The translations under genes and the position numbers were made by a program. Below, piece by piece: positions 27,252 to 40,594 of a stretch of 64,000 bases of DNA (position 1 is the first letter of the stretch; each line of letters begins with the position of its first letter). The notes beneath the pieces were generated by a model that searched no databases, was not told where the DNA came from, and was given only the letters and a program-made list of their open reading frames with translations. Source of the stretch: Eledone cirrhosa (lineage: Eukaryota); the NCBI GenBank assembly GCA_964016885.1, contig OZ024748.1, positions 26,722,001 to 26,786,000 of the forward strand. Direction: 5' to 3'.

Positions 27252-27524
27252 ATATAAGTATGTATACGTACATACATATATGTATACAGACGTACAGTAG
27301 TATATATATATACATACATGCACACATATATATGTGTACGTATGGATTCACCGAACATTTATTATAATGCTTAATACGGGATGTTTGTTTACAAACACAC
27401 CGAGCATTATAATAAATGTTCGGTGAATCCATACGTACATATATATGTGTGCATGTATGTATATATATATACATACTACTGTACGTCTGTATACATATAT
27501 GTATGTACGTGTACATACTTATAT
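27252..27524. repeat. Long inverted repeat (hairpin), ~120 bp arms
   Basis: Arms 27252-27371 and 27403-27524. The apex holds an internal tgtttgt/acaaaca stem. Confidence 0.93.
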
Positions 27525-28929
27525 ATAGATAGATAAAGAGGTGTGTGTGTGCATGCGCGCACATGCGTAGATGAATGTTTAGATATTATATAAACAATGA
27601 TAAACACACTTGACAGTTGAAGTCTGGTGTGGAGATTCTCTTTCTGCAGCTTATGTTTGGGGGGGGGGGGGGTGTACTTTTTTATTTGTAACTAACATTT
27701 TTTTTGTAGCTGATCCCTAAACTTCAGAGGTGAGGGTCAGATGTGGGTGGGGCAATTGTTATGGGCTTATGATTTTCAGTAGTAGTGGGAAAGGAGTACT
27801 CTCTTCTCAAGAATTAGTTCTTGTATTCTATTCTGCTACTTGTAAGTAAATCATGTACACTAAACCATCCCAAACCTTTTAAATCCTGACCCCTCTATAT
27901 TTAAATGAAATTTGTCAGAACTCTCCCCAGGGTTAACTGGGGTCATATTATCCATACCCAATTTTCCAATTTATTTCTATTTATATACTGAGTACCAATT
28001 TACTAATAATAGGGAGTACCAATTTACTAATAACATTAATCTAATCTTCTTCAATGTCATCATTTTTACATCAGATGTCCACCCCCACTGCCACCCCATT
28101 GCTTGCATTCTCCAGCACAACTTACCTCCCTTTGTAGCGTTCTTTTGTCATCTCCTCTGTGAGGAAGTAGACATGTTTGAGATGATCCTATTTATTATTT
28201 ATTGATTCCTAAGGCGGTGGATTGGTAGTATCGGTACTGCATCAGACACCATATAGATATGGCCCTTTACATTCTGATTTTAAATCCTGCCAAGGTTAGC
28301 TTTGCCTTTCATCTTTGTGGGGTCAATAAAATAAAGTAATAGTAATGCACTAGGGTCAATTTAATCGACTTTTCCTTTCCTCAGAATTGCTGGCCTTGTG
28401 CCTAAGTCAGAAACCATTATTTATTGATTCCTAATATCAACATAAAACCACACACAGTTTTTGTGGAGTATGTGTGGGTGAGTATAGTCAATTAAATTGA
28501 CCCCAGTACTTAACTGGGCCTTTATTTTACACATCCTGGGGCTTTATTTTACAGACCTTAGATGAATGAAAGAAAAATATAGGAACGAACGTATATTTAG
28601 TTTTACTCTAAAATAATAAAAATAAACAGCAGGAGCTGAGGAAGTGAGGGATGGTCTGCAGTGGTGAATAATTAGTACAAACAGTTCAGAAAGTGGAATA
28701 TATTGGCTGGCCATAAGGAATAAGTAAATTCCTACAGTTTGGGCATGACACTTTGAGGGTGAGAGAGATAAACAGACACAGACAAGGCAGATGTATAAAA
28801 TATTTCCTGATGGTAATTTGGGGCTTTTTTTATACCCCTAGAGAGAAATGTGATGGATAGGTACATTGGTATACTGGTGTTGAATTGAGAGAATTGTGAG
28901 AGTGTCAGACAAAATATTTTGTGCTATTT

Positions 28930-31728
28930 TGTTACGGTGCTCTGCTCTGACTGTGTTCAAATCATACCAAGGTCACCAACTTTGTTACAGTGTTCTGCTC
29001 TGAGTTCAAATCATACCAAGGTCACCAACTTTGTTACAGTGTTCTGCTCTGAGTTGAAATTATACCAAGGTCACCAACTTTGTTTGTGTTCTGCTCTGAG
29101 TTCAAATCATACCAAGGTCACCAACTTTGTTACATTTCTCTGTGATCAAATCATACCAAGGTCACCAACTTTGTTACAGTGTTCTGCTCTGTGTTCAAAT
29201 CATACCAAGGTCACCAACTTTGTTACAGTGTTCTGCTCTGAGTTGAAATTATACCAAGGTCACCAACTTTGTTTGTGTTCTGCTCTGAGTTCAAATCATA
29301 CCAAGGTCACCAACTTTGTTATGCTCTGAGATCAAATCATACCAAGGTCACCAACTTTGTTACAGTGTTCTGCTCTGAGTTGAAATTATACCAAGGTCAC
29401 CAACTTTGTGTTCTGCTCTGAGTTCAAATCATACCAAGGTCACCAACTTTGTTACATTTCTCTGTGATCAAATCATACCAAGGTCACCAACTTTGTTACA
29501 GTGTTCTGCTCTGTGTTCAAATCATACCAAGGTCACCAACTTTGTTACAGTGTTCTGCTCTGAGTTGAAATTATACCAAGGTCACCAACTTTGTTTGTGT
29601 TCTGCTCTGAGTTCAAATCATACCAAGGTCACCAACTTTGTTATGCTCTGAGATCAAATCATACCAAGGTCACCAACTTTGTTACAGTGTTCTGCTCTGA
29701 GTTGAAATCATACCAAGGTCACCAACTTTGTTACATTGTTCTGCTCTGTGTTCAAATCATACCAAGGTCACCAACTTTGTTACATTTCTCTGTTCTGTGT
29801 TCAAATCATACCAAGGTCACCAACTTTGTTACAGTGTTCTGCTCTGAGTTCAAATCATACCAAGGTCACCAACTTTGTTACAGTGTTCTGCTCTGTGTTC
29901 AAATCATACCAAGGTCACCAACTTTGTTACAGTGTTCTGCTCTGAGTTCAAATCATACCAAGGTCACCAACTTTGTTACAGTGTTCTGCTCTGAGTTGAA
30001 ATTATACCAAGGTCACCAACTTTGTGTTCTGCTCTGAGTTCAAATCATACCAAGGTCACCAACTTTGTTACATTTCTCTGTGATCAAATCATACCAAGGT
30101 CACCAACTTTGTTACAGTGTTCTGCTCTGTGTTCAAATCATACCAAGGTCACCAACTTTGTTACAGTGTTCTGCTCTGAGTTGAAATTATACCAAGGTCA
30201 CCAACTTTGTTTGTGATCTGCTCTGAGTTCAAATCATACCAAGGTCACCAACTTTGTTACAGTGTTCTGCTCTGAGTTGAAATCATACCAAGGTCACCAA
30301 CTTTGTTACATTGTTCTGCTCTGTGTTCAAATCATACCAAGGTCACCAACTTTGTTACATTTCTCTGTTCTGTGTTCAAATCATACCAAGGTCACCAACT
30401 TTGTTACAGTGTTCTGCTCTGAGTTCAAATCATACCAAGGTCACCAACTTTGTTACATTGTTCTGCTCTGAGTTCAAATCATACCAAGGTCACCAACTTT
30501 GTTACATTTCTCTGTTCTGTGTTCAAATCATACCAAGGTCACCAACTTTGTTACAGTGTTCTGCTCTGAGTTCAAATCATACCAAGGTCACCAACTTTGT
30601 TACAGTGTTCTGCTCTGTGTTCAAATCATACCAAGGTCACCAACTTTGTTACATTTCTCTGTTCTGTGTTCAAATCATACCAAGGTCACCAACTTTGTTA
30701 CAGTGTTCTGCTCTGAGTTCAAATCATACCAAGGTCACCAACTTTGTTACATTGTTCTGCTCTGAGTTCAAATCATACCAAGGTCACCAACTTTGTTACA
30801 TTGTTCTGCTCTGTGTTCAAATCATACCAAGGTCACCAACTTTATTACAGTGCTCTGCTCTGAGTTGAAATTATACCAAGGTCACCAACTTTGTTGCAGT
30901 GTTCTGCTCTGAGTTCAAATCATACCAAGGTCACCAACTTTGTTACAGTGTTCTGCTCTGTGTTCAAATCATACCAAGGTCACCAACTTTGTTACAGTGT
31001 TCTGCTCTGAGTTGAAATTATACCAAGGTCACCAACTTTGTTACAGTGCTCTGCTCTGAGTTGAAATTATACCAAGGTCACCAACTTTGTTACAGTGTTC
31101 TGCTCTGAGTTCAAATCATACCAAGGTCACCAACTTTGTTACAGTGCTCTGCTCTGAGTTGAAATTATACCAAGGTCACCAACTTTGTTACAGTGCTCTG
31201 CTCTGAGTTGAAATTATACCAAGGTCACCAACTTTGTTACATTGCTCTGCTCTGAGTTGAAATCATACCAAGGTCACCAACTTTGTTACAGTGTTCTGCT
31301 CTGTGTTCAAATCATACCAAGGTCACCAACTTTGTTACAGTGTTCTGCCCTGTGTTCAAATCATACCAAGGTCACCAACTTTGTTACATTGTTCTGCTCT
31401 GTGTTCAAATCATACCAAGGTCACCAACTTTGTTACAGTGTTCTGCTCTGAGTTCAAATCATACCAAGGTCACCAACTTTGTTACATTGCTCTGCTCTGA
31501 GTTGAAATCATACCAAGGTCACCAACTTTGTTACATTGTTCTGCTCTGTGTTCAAATCATACCAAGGTCACCAACTTTGTTACAGTGTTCTGCTCTGTGT
31601 TCAACTCATACCAAGGTCACCAACTTTGTTACAGTGTTCTGCCCTGTGTTCAAATCATACCAAGGTCACCAACTTTGTTACAGTGTTCTGCTCTGTGTTC
31701 AAATCATACCAAGGTCACCAACTTTGTC
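28930..31728 (+). repeat. 49 bp satellite (~57 copies) amplified inside a tRNA SINE
   Basis: Unit ttcaaatcataccaaggtcaccaactttgttacagtgttctgctctgag. SINE head precedes (28876-28930) and SINE body follows (31725-31770). 322 bp higher-order period at 29134/29456 and 29321/29643. Confidence 0.95.
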
Positions 31729-31959
31729 TTTTGATCCTCTCTGGGTGGATTAATGAAGTGGCAGTCTAGTGGGGTGGATTGGTGGAACTGATTGATGCCT
31801 TGCAGTTGGTTATCTTTGACAGCCCTTTACTTCCTGACTTCACCTCCAATGTCCCTGGTGCCAAGCTGTATCAGCTTTTGCCTTTCCCTTTACAAGTCAA
31901 GAATTTGGAAGTGTTTAGTAATATAACTGACTTTCTTATAATTAAGCCCATGTTTAGAA

Positions 31960-34665
31960 CAGGCATGGGTAACCTTTTTCATGCAGTGGACCACATAGGA
32001 TGTGGCTCATCATAAGACAAGCCACATAGGATGTGGCTCATCATAAGACAGGCCACATAGGATGTGGCTCATCATAAGATAAGCCACATAGGATGTGGCT
32101 CATCATAAGGCAGGCCACATAGGATGTGGCTCATCATAAGATAAGCCACATAGGATGTGGCTCATCATAAGGCAGGCCACATAGGATGTGGCTCATCATA
32201 AGATAAGCCACATAGGATGTGGCTCATCATAAGGCAGGCCACATAGGATGTGGCTCATCATAAGATAAGCCACATAGGATGTAGCTCATCATAAGGCAGG
32301 CCACATAGGATGTAGCTCATCATAAGATAAGCCACATAGGATGTAGCTCATCATAAGACAAGCCACATAGGATGTAGCTCATCATAAGATAAGCCACATA
32401 GGATGTAGCTCATCATAAGACAAGCCACATAGGATGTGGCTCATCATAAGATAAGCCACATAGGATGTAGCTCATCATAAGATAAGCCACATAGGATGTA
32501 GCTCATCATAAGATAAGCCACATAGGATGTAGCTCATCATAAGACAAGCCACATAGGATGTGGCTCATCATAAGACAAGCCACATAGGATGTGGCTCATC
32601 ATAAGATAAGCCACATAGGATGTGGCTCATCATAAGGCAGGCCACATAGGATGTAGCTCATCATAAGATAAGCCACATAGGATGTAGCTCATCATAAGAT
32701 AAGCCACATAGGATGTAGCTCATCATAAGATAAGCCACATAGGATGTGGCTCATCATAAGACAAGCCACATAGGATGTGGCTCATCATAAGATAAGCCAC
32801 ATAGGATGTGGCTCATCATAAGATAAGCCACATAGGATGTAGCTCATCATAAGACAAGCCACATAGGATGTAGCTCATCATAAGATAAGCCACATAGGAT
32901 GTAGCTCATCATAAGACAAGCCACATAGGATGTAGCTCATCATAAGACAAGCCACATAGGATGTAGCTCATCATAAGGCAGGCCACATAGGATGTAGCTC
33001 ATCATAAGACAAGCCACATAGGATGTAGCTCATCATAAGATAAGCCACATAGGATGTAGCTCATCATAAGACAAGCCACATAGGATGTAGCTCATCATAA
33101 GGCAGGCCACATAGGATGTAGCTCATCATATGACAAGCCACATAGGATGTGGCTCATCATAAGATAAGCCACATAGGATGTAGCTCATCATAAGGCAGGC
33201 CACATAGGATGTAGCTCATCATAAGATAAGCCACATAGGATGTGGCTCATCATAAGGCAGGCCACATAGGATGTAGCTCATCATAAGGCAGGCCACATAG
33301 GATGTAGCTCATCATAAGGCAGGCCACATAGGATGTGGCTCATCATAAGACAAGCCACATAGGATGTGGCTCATCATAAGGCAGGCCACATAGGATGTAG
33401 CTCATCATAAGATAAGCCACATAGGATGTGGCTCATCATAAGATAAGCCACATAGGATGTAGCTCATCATAAGGCAGGCCACATAGGATGTGGCTCATCA
33501 TAAGGCAGGCCACATAGGATGTAGCTCATCATAAGGCAGGCCACATAGGATGTGGCTCATCATAAGACAAGCCACATAGGATGTGGCTCATCATAAGACA
33601 GGCCACATAGGATGTAGCTCATCATAAGATAAGCCACATAGGATGTGGCTCATCATAAGATAAGCCACATAGGATGTAGCTCATCATAAGGCAAGCCACA
33701 TAGGATGTGGCTCATCATAAGGCAGGCCACATAGGATGTAGCTCATCATAAGGCAGGCCACATAGGATGTGGCTCATCATAAGGCAGGCCACATAGGATG
33801 TAGCTCATCATAAGGCAGGCCACATAGGATGTAGCTCATCATAAGGCAGGCCACATAGGATGTAGCTCATCATAAGGCAGGCCACATAGGATGTGGCTCA
33901 TCATAAGACAAGCCACATAGGATGTGGCTCATCATAAGACAAGCCACATAGGATGTGGCTCATCATAAGACAAGCCACATAGGATGTGGCTCATCATAAG
34001 ACAAGCCACATAGGATGTGGCTCATCATAAGACAAGCCACATAGGATGTGGCTCATCATAAGATAAGCCACATAGGATGTAGCTCATCATAAGGCAGGCC
34101 ACATAGGATGTGGCTCATCATAAGACAAGCCATATAGGATGTGGCTCATCATAAGACAGGCCACATAGGATGTAGCTCATCATAAGATAAGCCACATAGG
34201 ATGTGGCTCATCATAAGATAAGCCACATAGGATGTAGCTCATCATAAGGCAGGCCACATAGGATGTAGCTCATCATAAGATAAGCCATATAGGATGTAGC
34301 TCATCATAAGACAAGCCACATAGGATGTAGCTCATCATAAGATAAGCCACATAGGATGTAGCTCATCATAAGGCAGGCCACATAGGATGTAGCTCATCAT
34401 ATGACAAGCCACATAGGATGTGGCTCATCATAAGATAAGCCACATAGGATGTAGCTCATCATAAGGCAGGCCACATAGGATGTGGCTCATCATAAGACAA
34501 GCCATATAGGATGTGGCTCATCATAAGATAAGCCACATAGGATGTGGCTCATCATAAGGCAGGCCACACTACTAAAAAATTCAAGGCAATTTTGAAATTA
34601 CATGTGCCATTCAGAAAACCAAATGGGATCTGTGTTGCTCGTGGGTCACAGTTTGCCCATGACTG
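31960..34665 (+). mobile_element. hAT (Charlie-like) MITE containing an expanded internal satellite
   Basis: TIRs CAGGCATGGGTAACCT / AGTTTGCCCATGACTG flanked by an exact 8 bp duplication gtttagaa (31952-31959, 34666-34673), resembling the nTCTAGAn Charlie target. Confidence 0.88.
31991..34568. repeat. 31 bp satellite (~83 copies)
   Basis: Unit ccacataggatgt(g/a)gctcatcataag(aca/ata/gca)(a/g)g. Each unit carries a GCCACAT-agg-ATGTGGC hairpin (broken in the gta variant). Confidence 0.97.
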
Positions 34666-35975
34666 GTTTAGAACATAAATCTTACATAATCTTACATAAA
34701 ATTGTGATGTGACATTTTTCAATAAAGATAACCATTTAAAAATTAACGATTTTGTATCATAAAACCAAGAATGGAATCAAGCAGTCTGGTACCAAGGGGT
34801 TAAGTAAAACACTAGACTTTTCAAAATTTAAATACAATCAAGATCCATTTACCAACCCAACAAAGTACCAGCAATATACTGGGAGTGAAAGAAATCGACT
34901 ATAGCATCATCTTAATAATTGGTCATGTCTTTAGTATGAATTAGTTAAATTATTATTTTTATATCCTACATGCTGGTAGAATGTTTTAATGGAGTTGAGA
35001 AATAAATGAGTTTTAATGATGTTTATCATTAAAACTCATTTATGAGAGAATATTTGGGGTCTTAAGCACCAGCTCACAAGAAACTTTATGAATGTAGGCC
35101 TCCACTTAACCCTTTAGCATTTAAACCAGCCGTATCCAACCAGAACTCTCTCACCTCTTTCTGTTCAAACCGGCTGTAACTGGCTGTTCATACTTACATT
35201 AAGGTATTGTTCTCAAAATAAATAACATTAAAATCACGTAGATTTGATATTATGTGAGATAATTATGTAAGGTAAAACCTTTACTGTAAAAATATAATAG
35301 TAAATATAGAATAATGGCTTAAAGCAATGCTGAGATTTTAGAACAGAAATGACACCCAAACAAAAAGAAATGCATTTGATAAAAATTATATTCTAAATTT
35401 TTACAAAAGTACTTTTTCATCATCATTGCACCCATAGTTGAACATTCTTGACAAAGTTTCTCCACAATTCATGATTTTCCATTGCTCCCTACTGAGGTCT
35501 GTATATAGCTATACTGTAACATATATTTTATAATAGAACAGCCCCCACCTCTCCCATCCCCCATCCCGAACTAACAGTCCTTGGACTGCAATCTGCTTAG
35601 CCCATATGTAAATCCAATATTGTATCAGCAATGTAGTTGGAAGAAAATTACTTCAGTGTAGAGGGGGATATCAAAGATCTACAGGAACTTAGTGACAAGT
35701 CACAAGGGGCTTTGATTTTTGACTGGGTTTCCTTCAACAAGTGCTAATCCCTAGCAAAGAATGTGGTGTATAAACATGAGCTTCTGAATCAGCCATGGAA
35801 TTTGAAAGGGTGTGGAATGATTGCATATACATACATTGTAGGAGTGTGTGTATATAAAATGTTTGTATGTATATATATAAAATGTGATGGGAGAAAGAGA
35901 GAAAGAGAGAAATCATGCATGAGGATATATATAACTTTGTGTGTGTGTATTTCCCTAAACATATTTACATATATG

Positions 35976-36019
<44 letters not shown>

Positions 36020-38844
36020 CATATAAATACATAGACATATATATATATGTGTAAGTGTGTATGTATATATTTATTCCAACCATGAACATTTTAGGAAGAA
36101 GGGGACAGCTGTGTAAGCAATTCATTACTGCAATCATTCATGTGTGTCAATGGTTCATTACTTAGAATGGTGAGTCACAGACCCCCCCTCACCCAGTCCT
36201 CCTCCTTCTCCTTCATTGTTTTTTGGGGGGTGTTTTGTTTACTTTGGGTTATTTTTGTTATTTTTCCTTCTCATTCTCACCATAGCATCTTCTCTGACCC
36301 AGAACACACTCAGCTCATACATACATACATAATATACACACACATATATACATACACACATACATACATACACATGCACATACATACATACATGCATATG
36401 TACATACATACACAAACACATACATACACATATGCATGTACATATATGCACACACAGAGTTTTCCATAGACAAAATAACTTTCTTCTTATTTCCACCTAC
36501 CTATTCACCTACCAACTAATACTAACTCCTCTTAAACTGACACCACCACTTCAAGGAGCAAGTAGTGGTGGTGGTGATGGTGGAGAGAAAGATAGAGGAA
36601 TTCTCTCAAAAATGACCACCACTACTACCATCACAACTACCACCAGCAAGAGGTCACTACAACTATTACCACCACTGCCATTACTCTCTCTCTCTCTCTC
36701 TCTCTCTTACCCTCACCTTCACCCCTTACTTATATTGTTTTATTTATTTCCACAAGTATGGGAGACAACTCTGAACATGTTTTAGTCTTATTCAACCACC
36801 TCAGCAAAATACAGACTTCACAGTACTTGCTAGGAATAAATAGAAAACACAATAAGGTGTAGTTTGAGGGATATTTGGCTGATCTTTCTAGGATATTCAG
36901 CCACCACATAAAGACTCCTTGTTGACCATATAATATTATAAGACAATATATAGGCAATATAAATACAGGAACTGTAAATAAGAAGAAGGAAATCAGTTGC
37001 TAGGTTTAGTCATACTAAACGGAGGAAATAGACATAATTCCATGCTGAGTGTTGGGAGGGACATACAGTCTGGGGGAATGGGAGACATAGTTTGGTTAGG
37101 TAGGATGGCAACCCAGTATGGGAAGGGGTAGATACTGTGGGTAGAGACAATGTGGGTAGCAAATATGAAATTATTGGGTGCAGCTAATGATTTTTTTAAA
37201 CTCAAGTCAAACAGTCAACAATAACAATCATTTATTGTAGGACTAAGATGGGCCTTATTAAAACATATTTAAGATATTTCCAGCTTTATCTGGTACTTCA
37301 ATCTTTCATCCCAGTTGTGGCAAAAACAAATTGATAGGCCCCATAACCCTTGTGGGATCGCCTAGCCCTTGTGGAGTCCCCTAGTTTGTGAGGGCCCCTA
37401 ACCCTTGTGTGGTACCTAGCAGTCTTCAGCCTAGTTAGCCTTATGATTAATACAATCCAAGGCTACTAAATGAAGATGTGCCCAGTGATGCCAGAGGAAT
37501 GAAGCTGCAGTAGAGGAAGGCCAAGGAAAACCTGGACAGAGGTGATAAGAGCTGATCTTTTAATGCTGAATCTCACAGAGGAAATAAGAAAGGAATACAT
37601 TGAGTAGAGGCAGGCAGTGTTTGAGAGGGGCCCACCAACCCATGAAGGCTGTGATTGAGAAAGATCCAGCCTCCACTCCATGTAAGCATGAAAACATGAA
37701 CATAAAATGGTGATGGTGATGATGATGGTGTGAGGGAGGGGCTCATTTATTCATTTTGCAAAGGTTGTATTCTCAAATTACAAAAGCTCATGAAGATGAA
37801 CTTCTTAGCACAATGGTCATACCAATAACAGTGTGTGTGTTTTGGGGCAGTACCAAAATATTAAACATACAAAATTCAAATCATAATGATATATTACTTA
37901 TATTTTATATAGCATTTCATGGTTGGTGTGGGAAGAATATATAAAGTTTCTTCAGTTGTGTTAAAGACAGCCTTTCTAGTGTTGGTGATCTACACAATAA
38001 AAGCATCCAGTACACCCCTGTATAGTGATAGGAAGGACATCCAGCTGTAGAAAGCTTACCAAAGAAAGGGTTGTGAGGACCCTTCAATCATGTTAAAAAC
38101 ATTCCTTGTGCACGCAATAGAACATAAGACGATACACAAGTGAGATGCAGCGCCCACCTCCACGGCCTGTCTGGGAGTACTGATTTGGTCTATATAAACC
38201 CGCTTCAGTACTGATTTGGTCTATGTAAACCCATCCAACCCTCTCTAGTAGAGAAAGTGGACGTTAAATGATGATGACAATGATGATCTTCATAATAATA
38301 TGTACAATAGGAAATGTGGCAGAAAGAAAATTTATTGAGAGGATGTTATGTTACCCTATATAATAATTAATTACTATACAGTACTATTTGTATATCTTAT
38401 ATGTTATATCCATCGTATCAATCATCATCCTTATCAGCTACAATGTGTTAGAGATTAGAACAAGTTATGTGCTATGATATGTAGACAAGCAATTGGTTAA
38501 AAGAGTAAACACCATATTTTTAAATGACAAAATATTATGTATTTAAATTGTGCAGAAAATGGTAAAATAGACATAAGTAGTGTGAAAATGTAATAGTAGC
38601 TGTGAATAGATAGAAATATAACACTTTTGAAATAATATACTTTAAGTTATTTTGGAGATAGCATATATAACACCATGTTAACACTCTCTGTAAACATCTA
38701 ACATCTTTCAGATGAGTTATTGTTAAAGTCATTTAAAATTTACAGACCTTTCCCATTTCTGGGCATGTAATGTTGTTTTGATTGTTGTTGTTGTTGTATC
38801 AGTAGTTGTTTGGTCTCAGTTGTGGTTGTCCAGTCTCAATGTTG

Positions 38845-39030
38845 GGCCGCTCTCTGATAGGATTGTAGTAGTGGAGACTTCAGGTGATCTTGGTCACCAG
38901 ACCTCATCCCTCATCCCTGCTCACTGATATCGGAGCAGTGTTGGCTGGCCACAGTTACAAGCCCCGCAAGGTTCCAGCACGTCATCCTTGCTATCCTCTG
39001 GAACAATGTATTCTCCATCCTGCAGGCCAG
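38845..39030 (+). mobile_element. CRE-clade non-LTR 3' fragment (restriction-like endonuclease)
   Basis: VVVETSGDLGHQTSS..SLLTDIGA..FQHVILAILWNNVFSIL; homologous to 44788-45015. Confidence 0.7.
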
Positions 39031-39454
39031 AACCAAGAGGCAGAGGATAAGATAGTTGGAGATGGAGGATATTTATTTGGACAACACACATATACACACA
39101 CTTTAGATAAATATAAACACTTTAAATCAAACAGGTTTTTATCAATTAACCAAGGACAGTTTCATGTGGTTTGGTATAAAAAGAGTTAAAGGTTAATAGT
39201 TTGAGGCAGTACCAAAATGGAGCATCAAACAGGTTTTCTTGATTCAGTAATTAAATAAAACAGCAAAAATAGGCAAACAATTTCTTAAGTTAAATTCTAT
39301 CTAATAATCTTCCCCCTTAATTTTATGTAAGAAACTTTGTAAAATTATGTTCCAATCACCAAATTAATAATGAGAAAGCTATATTGCTAAATCTCTTCAA
39401 TTTCTTGATTACTTTTCAAAATTATTTGAATGTCTTGGAAAGGGAAGGAATATG

Positions 39455-40521
39455 AGAGAGAGTGTGGGGGAAAGAGAGAGAGAGAGTGTAGGGAGAGTGT
39501 GTGTTGGGAGAGAGTGTGTGGGGAGAGAGAGAGTGTGTGGGGAGAGAGAGAGTGTGTGGGGAGAGTATGTGGGGAGAGAGAATGTAGGGAGAGAGAGTGT
39601 GTAGGGAGAGAGAATGTAGGGAGAGAGAATGTAGGGAGAGAGAGTGTGTGGAGAGAGAGTGTGGGGAGAGAGAGTGTGTGGGGAGAGAGAATGTAGAGAG
39701 AGAGAGTGTGTGGAGAGAGAGAATGTAGGGAGAGAGAGTGTGTGGGGAGAGAGAATGTAGGGAGAGAGAGTGTGTGGGGAGAGAGAGAGTGTGTGGGGAG
39801 AGAGAATGTAGGGAGAGAGAGAATGTGTAGGGAGAGAGAGTGTGTGGAGAGAGAGAGAGAGAGTGTGTGGGGAGAGAGAGTGTGTGGAGAGAGAGTGTGT
39901 GGGGAGAGAGAGAGTGTGTGGGGAGAGAGAATGTAGGGAGAGAGAGAGTGTGTGGGGAGAGAGAATGTAGGGAGAGAGAGAGAGTGTGGGGAGAGAGAGA
40001 GTGTGTAGGGAGAGAGAGAGTGTGTGCGGAGAGAGAGAGAGTGTGTGGGGAGAGAGAGAGTGTGGGGAGAGAGAGAGAGTGTGTGGGGAGAGAGAGAGAG
40101 TGTGTGGGGAGAGAGAGAGAGTGTGTAGGGAGAGAGAGAGAGTGTGTGGGGAGAGAGAGAGAGAGAGTGTGTGGGGAGAGAGAGAGAGAGAGAGTGTGTA
40201 GGGAGAGAGAGAGAGTGTGTAGGGAGAGAGAGAGAGTGTGTGTGGGGAGAGAGAGAGAGTGTGTAGGGAGAGAGAGAGTGTGTGGGGAGGGAGAGAGAGA
40301 GTGTGTGGGGAGGGAGAGAGAGAGTGTGTGGGGAGAGAGAGAGAGAGTGTGTAGGGAGAGAGAGAGAGTGTGTGGGGAGAGAGAGAGAGTGTGTGGGGAG
40401 AGAGAGAGTGTGTGTGGGGAGAGAGAGAGTGTGTGGGGAGAGAGAGAGAGAGTGTGTAGGGAGAGAGAGAGTGTGTGTGGGGAGAGAGAGAGAGAGAGTG
40501 TGTAGGGAGAGAGAGAGAGAG
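39455..40521. repeat. Purine-rich (GA)n-GT-GGGG minisatellite
   Basis: gagagagagtgtgtgggga units with almost no C on the + strand. Confidence 0.95.
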
Positions 40522-40542
40522 TACAGACCTTTTGCCTTACAG

Positions 40543-40594
40543 TAAGTAAATGATGGTTTCTTCATCAGTTTAAAATTTGCTACAAATTGTCATG
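40543..40594 (+). other. Candidate small upstream exon ending in ATG
   Basis: cttttgccttacag| acceptor-like site at 40542 and ATG|GTGAGT donor at 40594/40595. The ATG would join in frame to the exon at 42978. Motif-only evidence. Confidence 0.3.

Noticed and set aside
28930-34568. CRISPR-like appearance of the 49 bp and 31 bp arrays
   Set aside because: No unique spacers: units are head-to-tail near-identical. There are no cas genes, the context is eukaryotic, and both arrays trace to TE interiors.
35002-35043. Small perfect hairpin (19 bp arms); others at 51241-51295 and 55074-55100
   Set aside because: Short and AT-rich or repeat-based; no evidence for a miRNA or other function from sequence alone.
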